Virus record (IMG/VR): IMGVR_UViG_3300027741_000027
Span: 64,001 to 128,000 of that record
Length of the DNA: 64,000 nt
Direction: 5' to 3' (one strand)
From: a virus
Of this stretch, positions 46,030 through 55,503 are shown in pieces. The notes under the pieces are model-generated. The model did no database searches and had not been told where the DNA came from. It saw only the letters and a list, made by a program, of their open reading frames with translations. Within the stretch, counting starts at the first letter, position 1, and every line of letters begins with the position of its first letter. Made by a program: the position numbers and the translations under genes.

Positions 46030-48256
46030 CCTCTAATTCCTCTGTTACAAAACTGTAACTTTTCTTGTTTTTTGCCTTAGGTAGAGCATGAACAGTTTCA
46101 GTCTCATTTTCTATCCTAGACCTTGTAGGTGCAAGTTTAGCATGTTCATCATCAATATTCAAATCACTTGCAGATTTTGTTGCAGTTGAAGCTGGCTTGG
46201 GCATACCGGGTCTACGCTCAAAACTTGCAGGAGGAGCAAACCCATTGCCAATGTTAGAATCGTTGCCAGCGACTGGAGGTGGGCCACCACCGGGTACACC
46301 AGCAGGACCGCCACCAGTTGGGCCAAGACCTTCAGGCATACCGGGCATTACAATACCGCCACCGGCTCCACCGGGAAGTCCACCAGCAGGGCCACCGGGC
46401 ATGCCGCCGGGACCGCCTGCACCAGCAGGGCCACCCTCTGCGCCACCGGGCGCAGGTTGCTGTGGTGCTGCCTCGCCCATAACGGTGCGAACCTCTGCAT
46501 CAAGATCGGGCGGAATTGGAAGGTTGGCTCTATCAAGAGCCTTCCAAGTCTCAACCTTAGCCTGCTGCTGATTAATAGTCTTATACATAAGCTCTTCGTT
46601 GTATTCATCAACAAGCTCACGAATATCATACTTAACGCCAATCATAAGTTTTTGATCGGGGATTGGCAGACCCATTGCGCGAAGGCTCTGGAAGAACTGA
46701 CGCTGCGTTGCTTCATCACGAAGGTCAAGGGTCTGGAACTCAAGATCAGGAATAAGAAGTTTATGCTTAGTGACAATGTGCTTATTGCCATCTTCATCAT
46801 ATTCAACAACTTCTTCCATAACTGGTACACGATGAAGGCCGCGCTTTTCGTATTCCCAATGCTCCTGTGCCTCAGCAACAACATAAGCGCGATCCATGTA
46901 ATGCTTCTTAAGATAACCTTGGAAGGTACGAAGGATCTGATTAAGGAATTCTGCCTGTAATGCAGATGATGCATAGGGCTGTGAAGATGAGCCAGCAGAA
47001 AGCAATGATGGGTTGACACCAAAGATCTGCATGATACGACGCTCAATACGGTCAAAGTCATCACCAAGGCGCGGCATCTGCTCACGACCAAATACATTTT
47101 CTACCTCAAGGCCAAAGTGATGAACAAGAAGGCGGAAATCAGATGACAGGGCAATATCCATATCATCACGGAAAGCATCAAGCTCATCTGGGCCGGGGAC
47201 CCAAGGACCTTGACCATCGCCAAGTTCCATAATGCCAAGGCGGGCAAGAATCAGAGGCGAGTAAAGGCGCTCTGCAATTGCGTCCTGTGATGCAAGAAGC
47301 TTCTCTTCATGAATAAGAGTACGAAGGCCACGAAGTAGAATTGGGGTACCGTGATCATCCCAATCAGTAAGAGTGTTAGCAACCTGTTTAAGAAGCACAT
47401 CAGAAATTGGAATATGCTCATTGCGCCTAAGGTAAGGAATAAGCTCGGGATAATTCATTTCAAGCTGTGCAAACTCCTTAGCAGGAGATTTAGTCTGTGC
47501 AAGCTTCTTAAGATAATCAGGTGGGACAATCTTCATCTGGCGAGAACCAAGAAGAGGGAAGTTTTCAATAACAACATCTTCTGGGTTTAGAAGTTCTTCG
47601 CGCTCCCAAATGCCTAGATCTTCATCAAAAGAGCCAAGGGGGAATGCTTCACCAACTGTCCAATACTCACGGCCAAGCGATACCAAAAACTCAGGATAAT
47701 CAAGCTGATCAAGGAATAGATCCTCATAAAATCTTTGAAGTTTCTTATCTTTTGAATCAAGCTCCATGCCAACAAGCGGGAAACGAGTAAAGATGTCAAT
47801 AAGGATAGGAACTAGATAATGAGTTGCATAAAAGAGGCGAAGCCACTTGTGGAGCTTGTGCCTATGACCTTCGTCTGCAATATTCCATGGAAGACCATTT
47901 AGATCCCAAAATTCAAGCGGATCATAGAAACGAGGGATGGCAGAATAAACGTCTCCGCCGCCACCAGATGATGCAACACGGCGACCAAGGCGGCGGCTAT
48001 CGCCCATTGCCCTCATAAGCTCATTATTTTGCTCAATTTCAGAAACAGTTTGAGATACTTGAGTTTTACCTACACGACCGCGAGTTTGACCATAAGCTTG
48101 ATCACCAATAGCAGCTTTAAGCGGGCCGCCTGTAGCAGTAGCCATTTCATGCATTGTGGCTGCTGCGAGTTTAGCGCGAGCAGGGTTCTTTGGAAGAGCC
48201 ACGCCGCGTTTCTTGAGATTTTCTACCTGCGCATTTAACTTGTCTGTATTATCCAT
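45983..48256 (-). CDS. portal protein (cluster C / Bxz1-like)
   Basis: RFYDPLEFW, LFYATHYLVP..IDIFTRFPLVG, GREYWTVGEAFPLGSF, EELLNPEDV, QDAIAERLYSPLILARLG recalled from large actinophage portals; Gly/Pro-rich tail. Confidence 0.8.
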   Translation of the reverse strand: MDNTDKLNAQVENLKKRGVALPKNPARAKLAAATMHEMATATGGPLKAAIGDQAYGQTRGRVGKTQVSQTVSEIEQNNELMRAMGDSRRLGRRVASSGGGGDVYSAIPRFYDPLEFWDLNGLPWNIADEGHRHKLHKWLRLFYATHYLVPILIDIFTRFPLVGMELDSKDKKLQRFYEDLFLDQLDYPEFLVSLGREYWTVGEAFPLGSFDEDLGIWEREELLNPEDVVIENFPLLGSRQMKIVPPDYLKKLAQTKSPAKEFAQLEMNYPELIPYLRRNEHIPISDVLLKQVANTLTDWDDHGTPILLRGLRTLIHEEKLLASQDAIAERLYSPLILARLGIMELGDGQGPWVPGPDELDAFRDDMDIALSSDFRLLVHHFGLEVENVFGREQMPRLGDDFDRIERRIMQIFGVNPSLLSAGSSSQPYASSALQAEFLNQILRTFQGYLKKHYMDRAYVVAEAQEHWEYEKRGLHRVPVMEEVVEYDEDGNKHIVTKHKLLIPDLEFQTLDLRDEATQRQFFQSLRAMGLPIPDQKLMIGVKYDIRELVDEYNEELMYKTINQQQAKVETWKALDRANLPIPPDLDAEVRTVMGEAAPQQPAPGGAEGGPAGAGGPGGMPGGPAGGLPGGAGGGIVMPGMPEGLGPTGGGPAGVPGGGPPPVAGNDSNIGNGFAPPASFERRPGMPKPASTATKSASDLNIDDEHAKLAPTRSRIENETETVHALPKAKNKKSYSFVTEELEDESKEQSAGSTSSED

Positions 48257-48325
48257 ACTATTTAAGGGCTTGTTGTGACCCTTCTTCCTGTTCTACACAA
48301 TAGCAGGTTTAATATTAAATTGCAA

Positions 48326-49144
48326 TTACTCTACTGATTCGGTGTGCGTATCTTCTTTACCGAACGGTTCGTTGCTAACAAGGTAACGAACGCGAGTACG
48401 ACCGGCGCTCATAAACCCATGATTGCATTTGCCCTCGGGATGGGTTTCGCAACCTTTAGGACAATCAGTTTGCTTAAGAAGCTCTTTAGCTTCGTCTTCA
48501 TTGCCGCCTGCAAGAGCTTCAAATACAGCTTGAGCGGCATGAGGTGAAGGCTTATCGCCTTGAGACGAAGTTTTATCTGGCCCATGACCAACAGCGCTAG
48601 GGGCAGTTTCAAGAACTTCACCGATGGGTTTATTGCCGGGTGTAGTACCCGGAGCATCAGCTAAAGGGACGGGATTAGCAAAAGGTTGAGAATTTAAATC
48701 ACTTGATTTTTTGCTATGCTTATCGCATTTTTCGCATGAACCCGGAGCGCAAGGTTTAGTACCGGGAACACGCTTATAGCCTTCCCAACACTCGCATTTA
48801 TTTTTGCTTTGGTATTTATTACCATTGTAACGATCATAAATATCTTGTAAACAATTTTCGCAACCTCTACCCTGACAATTGGCGCAAGAGCTAAACTCGC
48901 ACTGCTCGCAACCAGCGCCTTGACAATAAGGACAATTAGGATCGCCCGGTGGTGGGGGTGGCGCTGCTGCCGCAGGTCCCGAATCGCGTTTAGGATGAGG
49001 GCGAAAATGCTGATCCTCAGGAGTGTAAGGATCAAGATCGGCTCGCCCAACCTCTAAATCAGCCCTTTTAAGAAGAAAGGGAAGGCCCTCATGGCGAGCA
49101 ATAGCCTTTTCAATATCGTAATTATCATCAGCAAAATGCTGCAT
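48326..49144 (-). CDS. Cys-rich modular protein
   Basis: CxxCxGxGC repeats, CWEGYKRVPGTKPCAPGSC motif, C-terminal C...GC..HPEGKC.HG. Confidence 0.75.
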   Translation of the reverse strand: MQHFADDNYDIEKAIARHEGLPFLLKRADLEVGRADLDPYTPEDQHFRPHPKRDSGPAAAAPPPPPGDPNCPYCQGAGCEQCEFSSCANCQGRGCENCLQDIYDRYNGNKYQSKNKCECWEGYKRVPGTKPCAPGSCEKCDKHSKKSSDLNSQPFANPVPLADAPGTTPGNKPIGEVLETAPSAVGHGPDKTSSQGDKPSPHAAQAVFEALAGGNEDEAKELLKQTDCPKGCETHPEGKCNHGFMSAGRTRVRYLVSNEPFGKEDTHTESVE

Positions 49145-49189
49145 AATTATTTACCTTTAATGCAAATGCAATCTCCGCCGCAAGGACAA

Positions 49190-51880
49190 TTACTTCCACT
49201 CATCTGGATCTTCCTCTTCTCCGCGCTCAAAGCGCTCAAGCTGTTCATCAGTTGGCCCATCAAGCTCATCAAATGAGTCAGGCTCGTCTGATTCTTCTTC
49301 ATCATGCTCATGAACAACTTCAACCCTATCGCCTTCGTCATCGCCGCGCTCAATGATTTCTTCCATATCTTCTTCTGGGGCAATTTCAGGCTCTGTGGCT
49401 TCGGCATCTAATTCATCGCCGCCATCTTCCCTAAACATTCTAATGTATTCCTGAGCGGCGTCAGGATCGCCCTGAGCTACGCCTCGTTCAATCTCGGCTG
49501 GAATATCGGGTTGAGGGTAGTTATTTGGATCAAACTCATGTAATGAAAAAGCTAATTCCTGAGCCTGCTGAAGCAAACCGCTTCTTACAAGCTGACGAAT
49601 AGCCTGCATATTTCCGCCCTCTGCCTGATCAAGAGCCTTTGCAATGTCTGGATACTCATTAGCAAGAGCATCAAGAATCATGCGGCCCGGACGACCCGGA
49701 TCCCACATTGCAGATTGCTTTTCAGCAAGCGCCTGTGGAAGTGAAACGTTAGTTACAGGATTAGCTTGGTTTTTATTAGGAAAAGTTTCTGCTGCCTTAG
49801 TTTCTTCTTGAATGTTTCTAGTTGCTTCAAATCCCGCCGAATCATGATCGCGCTTATTGGGTAACGTTTGACGTTCCCAAACATCATTATCGTACTTTTT
49901 TACAGTATCAAATGTATCCTCTTGATAATCAGGCTTATCTTTAATATCCATGTGACGAGTAGGATGAGGAGAATTGTCGCCCTCTGTCTTAATTGGCTTT
50001 AGATTACCATCTGGATTAGTAGCATTAGGCTTCCACTTCTTCTTGTCTATTTTAGGAGAAGGACCGCCTAAAGCTGATTCATCGCCTTTTGGGAGGGATT
50101 CGCGACCCTCCGTGGAGTCGCCGGTTTCAGGTTTAGCAGCAGTTACGCTAGAGAAAGTTTTAACCTTCATTGCGCCGGGAGCAACATCCTTAGCATTTTT
50201 ATTTCCTTCAAATGCGGCTTGAGTCTGAGCGCCAAATGTACCGTCAGCGCGAAGTCCACGATCCTGCTGAAACTGCTGAAGAGCGGCCTGAGTTTGATTG
50301 CCAAAAGTACCGTCAGCACCTTCCTTACCAAGATCATAACCCGAATGAAGAAGGTGAGTCTGAATATTCTTAACCTGATTTCCAGCATCGCCTACGCCAT
50401 AAGTGCCTTGCTCAGGAGTGAATGTAAAACCGGTTCCCTTAGCAGGTGAAGCAGGTGATGTTTGACCCTGAGCGGCTGGAGCCTGACCCTGAGCGGCTGG
50501 AGCCTGACCCTGTTGAGCAAGCAATTTAGTATTAATATCAAAAGTACCGTTAACGTTAGGAACAACAGCTTTCTGCACCAGTTCAGGATTCGACCAATCT
50601 AAGTTATCGTAAGTACCGGGTTTTGCCTGTGCAAGCTGATTAAAAAGAGCATATGGTTGATTAATTAATCCTGCATAATTTTCTGGCTTTCTAAGATCTG
50701 CAAATCCGGGATTTTCTATTAAAGCGTCGTGAACACCAGAATCTCCAGTTGCATAAGAACCAAGAACATCACTATAATCGTTTAAATCTAATCCGCCGCC
50801 ATAAGTTCTTGTTTCAGGATCGTAAACATCGTATGGACTGCGATTTGATTCCCAATCGCCTTCATAAGACATTTTGCGAGCGGCTTCTTTAAGATAAAGA
50901 GCGCGAGCCATTGCAGGAGTAATAGAAGAACTCTTTTCAAGATTTTCAAGATTGTTAAGCTCTTTAGCGCGAGCCTGAGCCTTTTCTTTAGAATCAAATG
51001 GGCCAGCAGCCTTTTCGTCGCCATCTTCAATTACAAAAAATTTGTCGCCCTTCTTCTCTACTTTATGAGCAGCGGCTTCCTTATTGCGAAGGTTTCCGCC
51101 GTCTTCTTGATCCTCATCCTGAATCTGCTTTTTAAGCCATGGTGAAACCTGCGAATGCTCATCAGCAAGTTGAACCTCATCCTGTGCTTTAAGGTGCTCG
51201 GGACGATCCTTAGAAGCAGTTCTAAAATGCTGATTGAACCACTGCTCAATAGCTTTCATTACAGAATCAACATCATAAGATGTTACATTGGCTAAAATTG
51301 TATCTTTGTCCTGATCAATGTGATATTTGGCAGTTTCATAAGCCTCAGAAGGAATCTGCTCTGCTGGAGTGCCGGGAGCAACTTCTTCAGGATGCATACG
51401 AACAAACTTAGTTGTGGCTTCGTCCCAAATAGGGTCATTAGAAGTTTTCTTTGATGATGTATAATCCCAATCATCACCAATATAAGGCATTTCGTATTTA
51501 TCAATAAATGGACCGTCATCCTCTGGATAATCATCTGAGTCGTCATCGCACTGCTCGCAACCATGACCGCCACAATTTTCGCACATTGGAGCTTCATCAG
51601 CAGGAGGCGTAGGACCAAATGCAGCCCTTACAGTTGCGCTGACTGCCTTGGCAATCTTCTCAGCGTCTCCGCCATACTCATTAGCTACATCGGCAGCCAT
51701 ATTAGCAATGTCCTGCTCTACAAGAGCAAGGCGGCCATTAAATTCTTTCTCAGATGAAGCCTGACGAAGGAAACTCGCAAAGGTATCATTAAAACGCTTA
51801 TTAGCAACTGCTACAGCCTGACGAGTAGCGACTTTATCGCCTTCGTCAAACATCTCAATATGTTCAAATAGTCCGCTCAT
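49190..51880 (-). CDS. 896 aa head-region modular protein with internal peptidoglycan-binding domain
   Basis: GDAGNQVKNIQTHL...GADGTFGNQTQAALQQFQQDRGLRADGTFGAQT (PG_binding_1); acidic C-terminus. Confidence 0.75.
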   Translation of the reverse strand: MSGLFEHIEMFDEGDKVATRQAVAVANKRFNDTFASFLRQASSEKEFNGRLALVEQDIANMAADVANEYGGDAEKIAKAVSATVRAAFGPTPPADEAPMCENCGGHGCEQCDDDSDDYPEDDGPFIDKYEMPYIGDDWDYTSSKKTSNDPIWDEATTKFVRMHPEEVAPGTPAEQIPSEAYETAKYHIDQDKDTILANVTSYDVDSVMKAIEQWFNQHFRTASKDRPEHLKAQDEVQLADEHSQVSPWLKKQIQDEDQEDGGNLRNKEAAAHKVEKKGDKFFVIEDGDEKAAGPFDSKEKAQARAKELNNLENLEKSSSITPAMARALYLKEAARKMSYEGDWESNRSPYDVYDPETRTYGGGLDLNDYSDVLGSYATGDSGVHDALIENPGFADLRKPENYAGLINQPYALFNQLAQAKPGTYDNLDWSNPELVQKAVVPNVNGTFDINTKLLAQQGQAPAAQGQAPAAQGQTSPASPAKGTGFTFTPEQGTYGVGDAGNQVKNIQTHLLHSGYDLGKEGADGTFGNQTQAALQQFQQDRGLRADGTFGAQTQAAFEGNKNAKDVAPGAMKVKTFSSVTAAKPETGDSTEGRESLPKGDESALGGPSPKIDKKKWKPNATNPDGNLKPIKTEGDNSPHPTRHMDIKDKPDYQEDTFDTVKKYDNDVWERQTLPNKRDHDSAGFEATRNIQEETKAAETFPNKNQANPVTNVSLPQALAEKQSAMWDPGRPGRMILDALANEYPDIAKALDQAEGGNMQAIRQLVRSGLLQQAQELAFSLHEFDPNNYPQPDIPAEIERGVAQGDPDAAQEYIRMFREDGGDELDAEATEPEIAPEEDMEEIIERGDDEGDRVEVVHEHDEEESDEPDSFDELDGPTDEQLERFERGEEEDPDEWK
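50463..50512. repeat. 21 bp coding tandem repeat (x2.4)
   Basis: TGACCCTGAGCGGCTGGAGCC twice plus a partial copy; encodes QGQAPAA linker. Confidence 0.9.
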
Positions 51881-52049
51881 TATATTTAAATACTAGTTTC
51901 TTTGTAATTGGATCGTAGGCGTCAAGCTCATAAACCACTATACATCTTGGACAAACAACTGCCTTTGGCGGAAATTCGACACACATATTCACCCATTTGA
52001 CTCCGCACACACAGCGCATCAGGTATTCTGATGTTAGTGAGCGGTGCAT
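51864..52049 (-). CDS. small Zn-ribbon protein
   Basis: CVCG...CPRC; start may be the internal Met. Confidence 0.55.
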   Translation of the reverse strand: MHRSLTSEYLMRCVCGVKWVNMCVEFPPKAVVCPRCIVVYELDAYDPITKKLVFKYNERTI

Positions 52050-52993
52050 TATAGGAAAAGTGAGTCGTCGCCAATTTTGTCGTAATCAGTGAATTCTTTA
52101 GCTGATGCCTCCTTGTGCATTTCTTCTTTTACTTCTACAAACATTGCACGACGCTGTTCTTCAACGCGAGCAAGCCACACCTTCTCATACTTCTCACGAA
52201 CATCATCATCGGCAGCCGCTGTCTTAGAGCGGATCCAATTTGAAGCGAGAGAACGGACTGTACCTGAGTCCGCAAGTGTCTCATTGTCAAGTCCAGCGGT
52301 AAAGGCCTCTGGGCCTTCATCCATAAGTTTTGCATAATCGGTTGAATTGGCTTCAACAATCATTTCGTTAATTGACTGATCTAGCCAAGTTGCTTCGCGG
52401 CCACCAGTAGGTCCACCCTGCTCAACAGCTTGCATGCTGAAAGGAGCAGGAGCTTCGTAAGCTGAAGTATGGCCTTCTTCAAGAGCGCGAATAACATCGC
52501 CGATCTCTTCCATCTCATAATTAGCTTGAGTGATAACATTAGCAACGCGAGCAAGGTCAGTATCAGAAAGACCTGAGTCAATAAATAGCGAAGCCTCAAC
52601 CTTAATTGCATCAAGGTCACGAACGCGATCTTCAATTGTCTTAGCATCAAATACTGAAACGGAAGATTCTACCTTCTTTTCAAGCTCTGCAATTTCATCC
52701 TTCTCTTCTTCTTCCTCTTCTTTAGAAAAAGTAAGCTTGCTAACAGGAAGTGAAGAAATACGACCATTCTCAAAACGAATAGTTACTTCATCTTCCCAAA
52801 GGCCCTTAACGCGGCCAAGAACCTTGCCCTTAAGTCCGTTAGGAGTTACAACGTGAGTAGCGCCCTCTGCTGATGCAAGGTGGGCAGCTTCTTCTTCTAT
52901 GAACATATCCTCTGAAACAGAGGCGACAATTTTTCCATCTTGATAAGTGTAAACACTACCATTTTTGAAAATATAAGTGGGTTCTGAATTCAT
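52049..52993 (-). CDS. hypothetical head-region protein
   Basis: 314 aa acidic, between TerL and portal. Confidence 0.75.
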   Translation of the reverse strand: MNSEPTYIFKNGSVYTYQDGKIVASVSEDMFIEEEAAHLASAEGATHVVTPNGLKGKVLGRVKGLWEDEVTIRFENGRISSLPVSKLTFSKEEEEEEKDEIAELEKKVESSVSVFDAKTIEDRVRDLDAIKVEASLFIDSGLSDTDLARVANVITQANYEMEEIGDVIRALEEGHTSAYEAPAPFSMQAVEQGGPTGGREATWLDQSINEMIVEANSTDYAKLMDEGPEAFTAGLDNETLADSGTVRSLASNWIRSKTAAADDDVREKYEKVWLARVEEQRRAMFVEVKEEMHKEASAKEFTDYDKIGDDSLFL

Positions 52994-53030
52994 CTCAATG
53001 ATTACAATGTTGTTACAGTATATTTTCTAG

Positions 53031-55082
53031 TTATCTATTTGGAAGTCTTCTTGAAACTGGTTTTCCACCAATAGAACGCCTAGTAGGTGATACGGGGTTT
53101 TGCTTTCTTCCCATTGAACCAGAAAAATATTGTTCACCTTGCCTTTGCCCGTAAAAATGAGCTATTTGACCGGGCGTAGCGCTATCCCTGCCGCCCATGG
53201 CATAACCTCCGGGCGATCCCATGCGCATACTTTGACCAAGGTCTGCCCTTGTTTGATTAGCCATAGAATCACCAATACAGGCTTCCACAACTTCCATCAT
53301 TGCATCTGCAATATCTTTAGTTTGAATGGGGCCGACTTCTTGTTTTTCAACTCTTGGAACCCTCGCAGATTTAATTTCTTGAAGGAATTTAAGTTCAAGA
53401 TTGGCGTATTGACAATCGGCAGTATCGTATGGAGCATGAATTTTATTTTGATTAACAGCAGTTTTAAATACTTCTGCTCTGTGCCAATTACCTAACGAAG
53501 TGGCGGTTTTTTCAAATACTCTAGTACTTATTCCTTGATTACGTAAAGTTTTACGAAGATAAGAAATAGGCCAAGAACTTTGATGTTGATCCATTGTTAA
53601 TTGTTCAGGACGAAATATTCCACACAATTGAACAACTTCTTCTAATATTGGTTCCCAATCAATAGTTGAATCATCAAAATCAGCAGGATTCCACCTTTGA
53701 ATAATATCAAATATTACATGCTCCTCTTGTTTGTCATCTATATTAAACATTTCAGTGTGACCAAGGGCAAATCCAAAACCGGCAGTAGTAGACGATGGAT
53801 CTAGATGAGCAAAATACTGATAATCATAACTAGTACTATTTCGATTAGTTTTTAAAGGTTCATATATCAAACCATCATCGTTTTGACCAATTGGAACGCC
53901 CTTAAACATACGATCAACTTTAGCGGCATCAAGATATGAGTCAATGACTTCAGCAAAGTTTGCGCGTCTCTCAACCTTGAATTTTTCATGATCTTGACGT
54001 TCATCTTCTCGCATCTGAATAATGGCTTGACGATCTTCATTAGTATAAAAGAATTCATCAGAGCCTTCTACGCGCTTATTAACATCCCAATCAGGAGATA
54101 CAGTAACGCACTTTTTAGGACCAATGTATAGTGGGTCTTCCCACCAACCATCAAACAATGCCCAAGAAGGAAGTTTAATACCAAGCGTCATGGGCGACAT
54201 GGCATTGCCATTTTCAGTAGCCATAGCATTCTCATAACGTTCATAAAACTTGCCAACTTTAGAATAAGGCGATGAGTTAGCAAAGATCATGCCAGCAGTA
54301 CCAAACTGCGCAAGGGCAGGAATAGCAGCAGCATATACTTCATTATCAGATTGGTCAGAGTCGCCCTGCATAAAGTGAGCAAATTCGTCGAATGCAAAAA
54401 CCATAGTGGCAGAACCACGAATTGTACGAGAGTTAGCTGGAAGTGCCTTACCACGGATTGTAGCGGTGTCTCGCATGACCTTGCGGCCCTGACGTTTCCA
54501 ACTAGAAATTTTGCGAAGGTCGGCTTCAGTATAAAGACTAAATTCAAGCTCTTGCATTTTGTTGATATAGCGCTGAACCGCCATGCAGGAGTTAATCATG
54601 CCCGAAACGTCGGCGTATTGCTGATCCTTAGCCTGATCTTGAGCGGCAGCGATTACAGAAAAGTAAATTTCCTTATCTGCGTCAATACCATAATGAGCAT
54701 TGGGATCTTGCAGTTGAAGGGTGTCATATATTTTTTTAGATATAGAAAGTCCTGTAATGAAACCCTTTGAACAACGACGACCACCAACAAGGACAATTTC
54801 CCTGAAGTGCTTGTATCCGTTATCTTTGCACCACTGAATTCGCTCTCTGATATTAGGAGAAATTTCAATGTTATCGCCCATGCTACCTCCGGCAATCCAG
54901 AGGTCAAGAATGCGCTCTTCTTCGTTTGTTAAATCCTCAAGAAAAAACAACTTAAGAAGAAGACGCTGCCTAGGATATAAGATTCTTCCGCAAAACTCCT
55001 TACTTTCGGCAAATTCTGTAATGCCGACATGCCTGCGATTGAAATTAGCTTCTAACTGACCGATTAAGTCTAGTTCGCTCAT
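53031..55082 (-). CDS. terL: terminase large subunit
   Basis: Walker A-like VGGRRCSKG, Walker B FAFDEFAHF, coupling motif ANSSP, nuclease HLDPS...DQHQS...KDIADA. Confidence 0.92.
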   Translation of the reverse strand: MSELDLIGQLEANFNRRHVGITEFAESKEFCGRILYPRQRLLLKLFFLEDLTNEEERILDLWIAGGSMGDNIEISPNIRERIQWCKDNGYKHFREIVLVGGRRCSKGFITGLSISKKIYDTLQLQDPNAHYGIDADKEIYFSVIAAAQDQAKDQQYADVSGMINSCMAVQRYINKMQELEFSLYTEADLRKISSWKRQGRKVMRDTATIRGKALPANSRTIRGSATMVFAFDEFAHFMQGDSDQSDNEVYAAAIPALAQFGTAGMIFANSSPYSKVGKFYERYENAMATENGNAMSPMTLGIKLPSWALFDGWWEDPLYIGPKKCVTVSPDWDVNKRVEGSDEFFYTNEDRQAIIQMREDERQDHEKFKVERRANFAEVIDSYLDAAKVDRMFKGVPIGQNDDGLIYEPLKTNRNSTSYDYQYFAHLDPSSTTAGFGFALGHTEMFNIDDKQEEHVIFDIIQRWNPADFDDSTIDWEPILEEVVQLCGIFRPEQLTMDQHQSSWPISYLRKTLRNQGISTRVFEKTATSLGNWHRAEVFKTAVNQNKIHAPYDTADCQYANLELKFLQEIKSARVPRVEKQEVGPIQTKDIADAMMEVVEACIGDSMANQTRADLGQSMRMGSPGGYAMGGRDSATPGQIAHFYGQRQGEQYFSGSMGRKQNPVSPTRRSIGGKPVSRRLPNR

Positions 55083-55465
55083 CCCTTAGACTTTTCTTTT
55101 TGACCAAGGTAAGCCTCGCCCTTCTTATTGGCCTGCTTAACTTCCCAATACTTACGCTCATGGTCAAATCCATCTTTATTAAATGAATGACCTGCGACCT
55201 TACCAACGATTTCTACAATTGGTGGTTCGCCATGAAAACAGGGTGTTGGATCAAGAGTTGCAAGGATACCCATTTCTTCGGCAAGTCTAGTAATAACTTC
55301 GTCCCTAAGTTGATCCAAAACCTCTGGGGTATTAGGACGACTAGCATACTTGCGCTGAAGGCTGCCAATAATTTTGCCCACTTGACCAACCTCAATGTCG
55401 CTAAGATCTTGAGCAAATCCCGCTAATTGTTCTGTACTTTTAATAATGTCATCTGTTTGTGACAT
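55079..55465 (-). CDS. hypothetical protein directly upstream of TerL
   Basis: 128 aa, ATGA overlap with terL; a small-terminase role is possible but unsupported. Confidence 0.7.
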   Translation of the reverse strand: MSQTDDIIKSTEQLAGFAQDLSDIEVGQVGKIIGSLQRKYASRPNTPEVLDQLRDEVITRLAEEMGILATLDPTPCFHGEPPIVEIVGKVAGHSFNKDGFDHERKYWEVKQANKKGEAYLGQKEKSKG

Positions 55466-55503
55466 AACTTTCCTTTACTGTGATTAATTTATAAAAATTA
55501 ATA

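Noticed and set aside
46197-46571. Pro/Gly-rich plus-strand ORFs and a collagen-like domain
   Set aside because: They are antisense shadows of the portal's Gly/Pro-rich tail, which lacks regular Gly-X-Y periodicity.
53031-55082. Intein or intron in TerL
   Set aside because: Length and motif order are continuous; no C...HN splice motifs or LAGLIDADG/HNH insert were seen.
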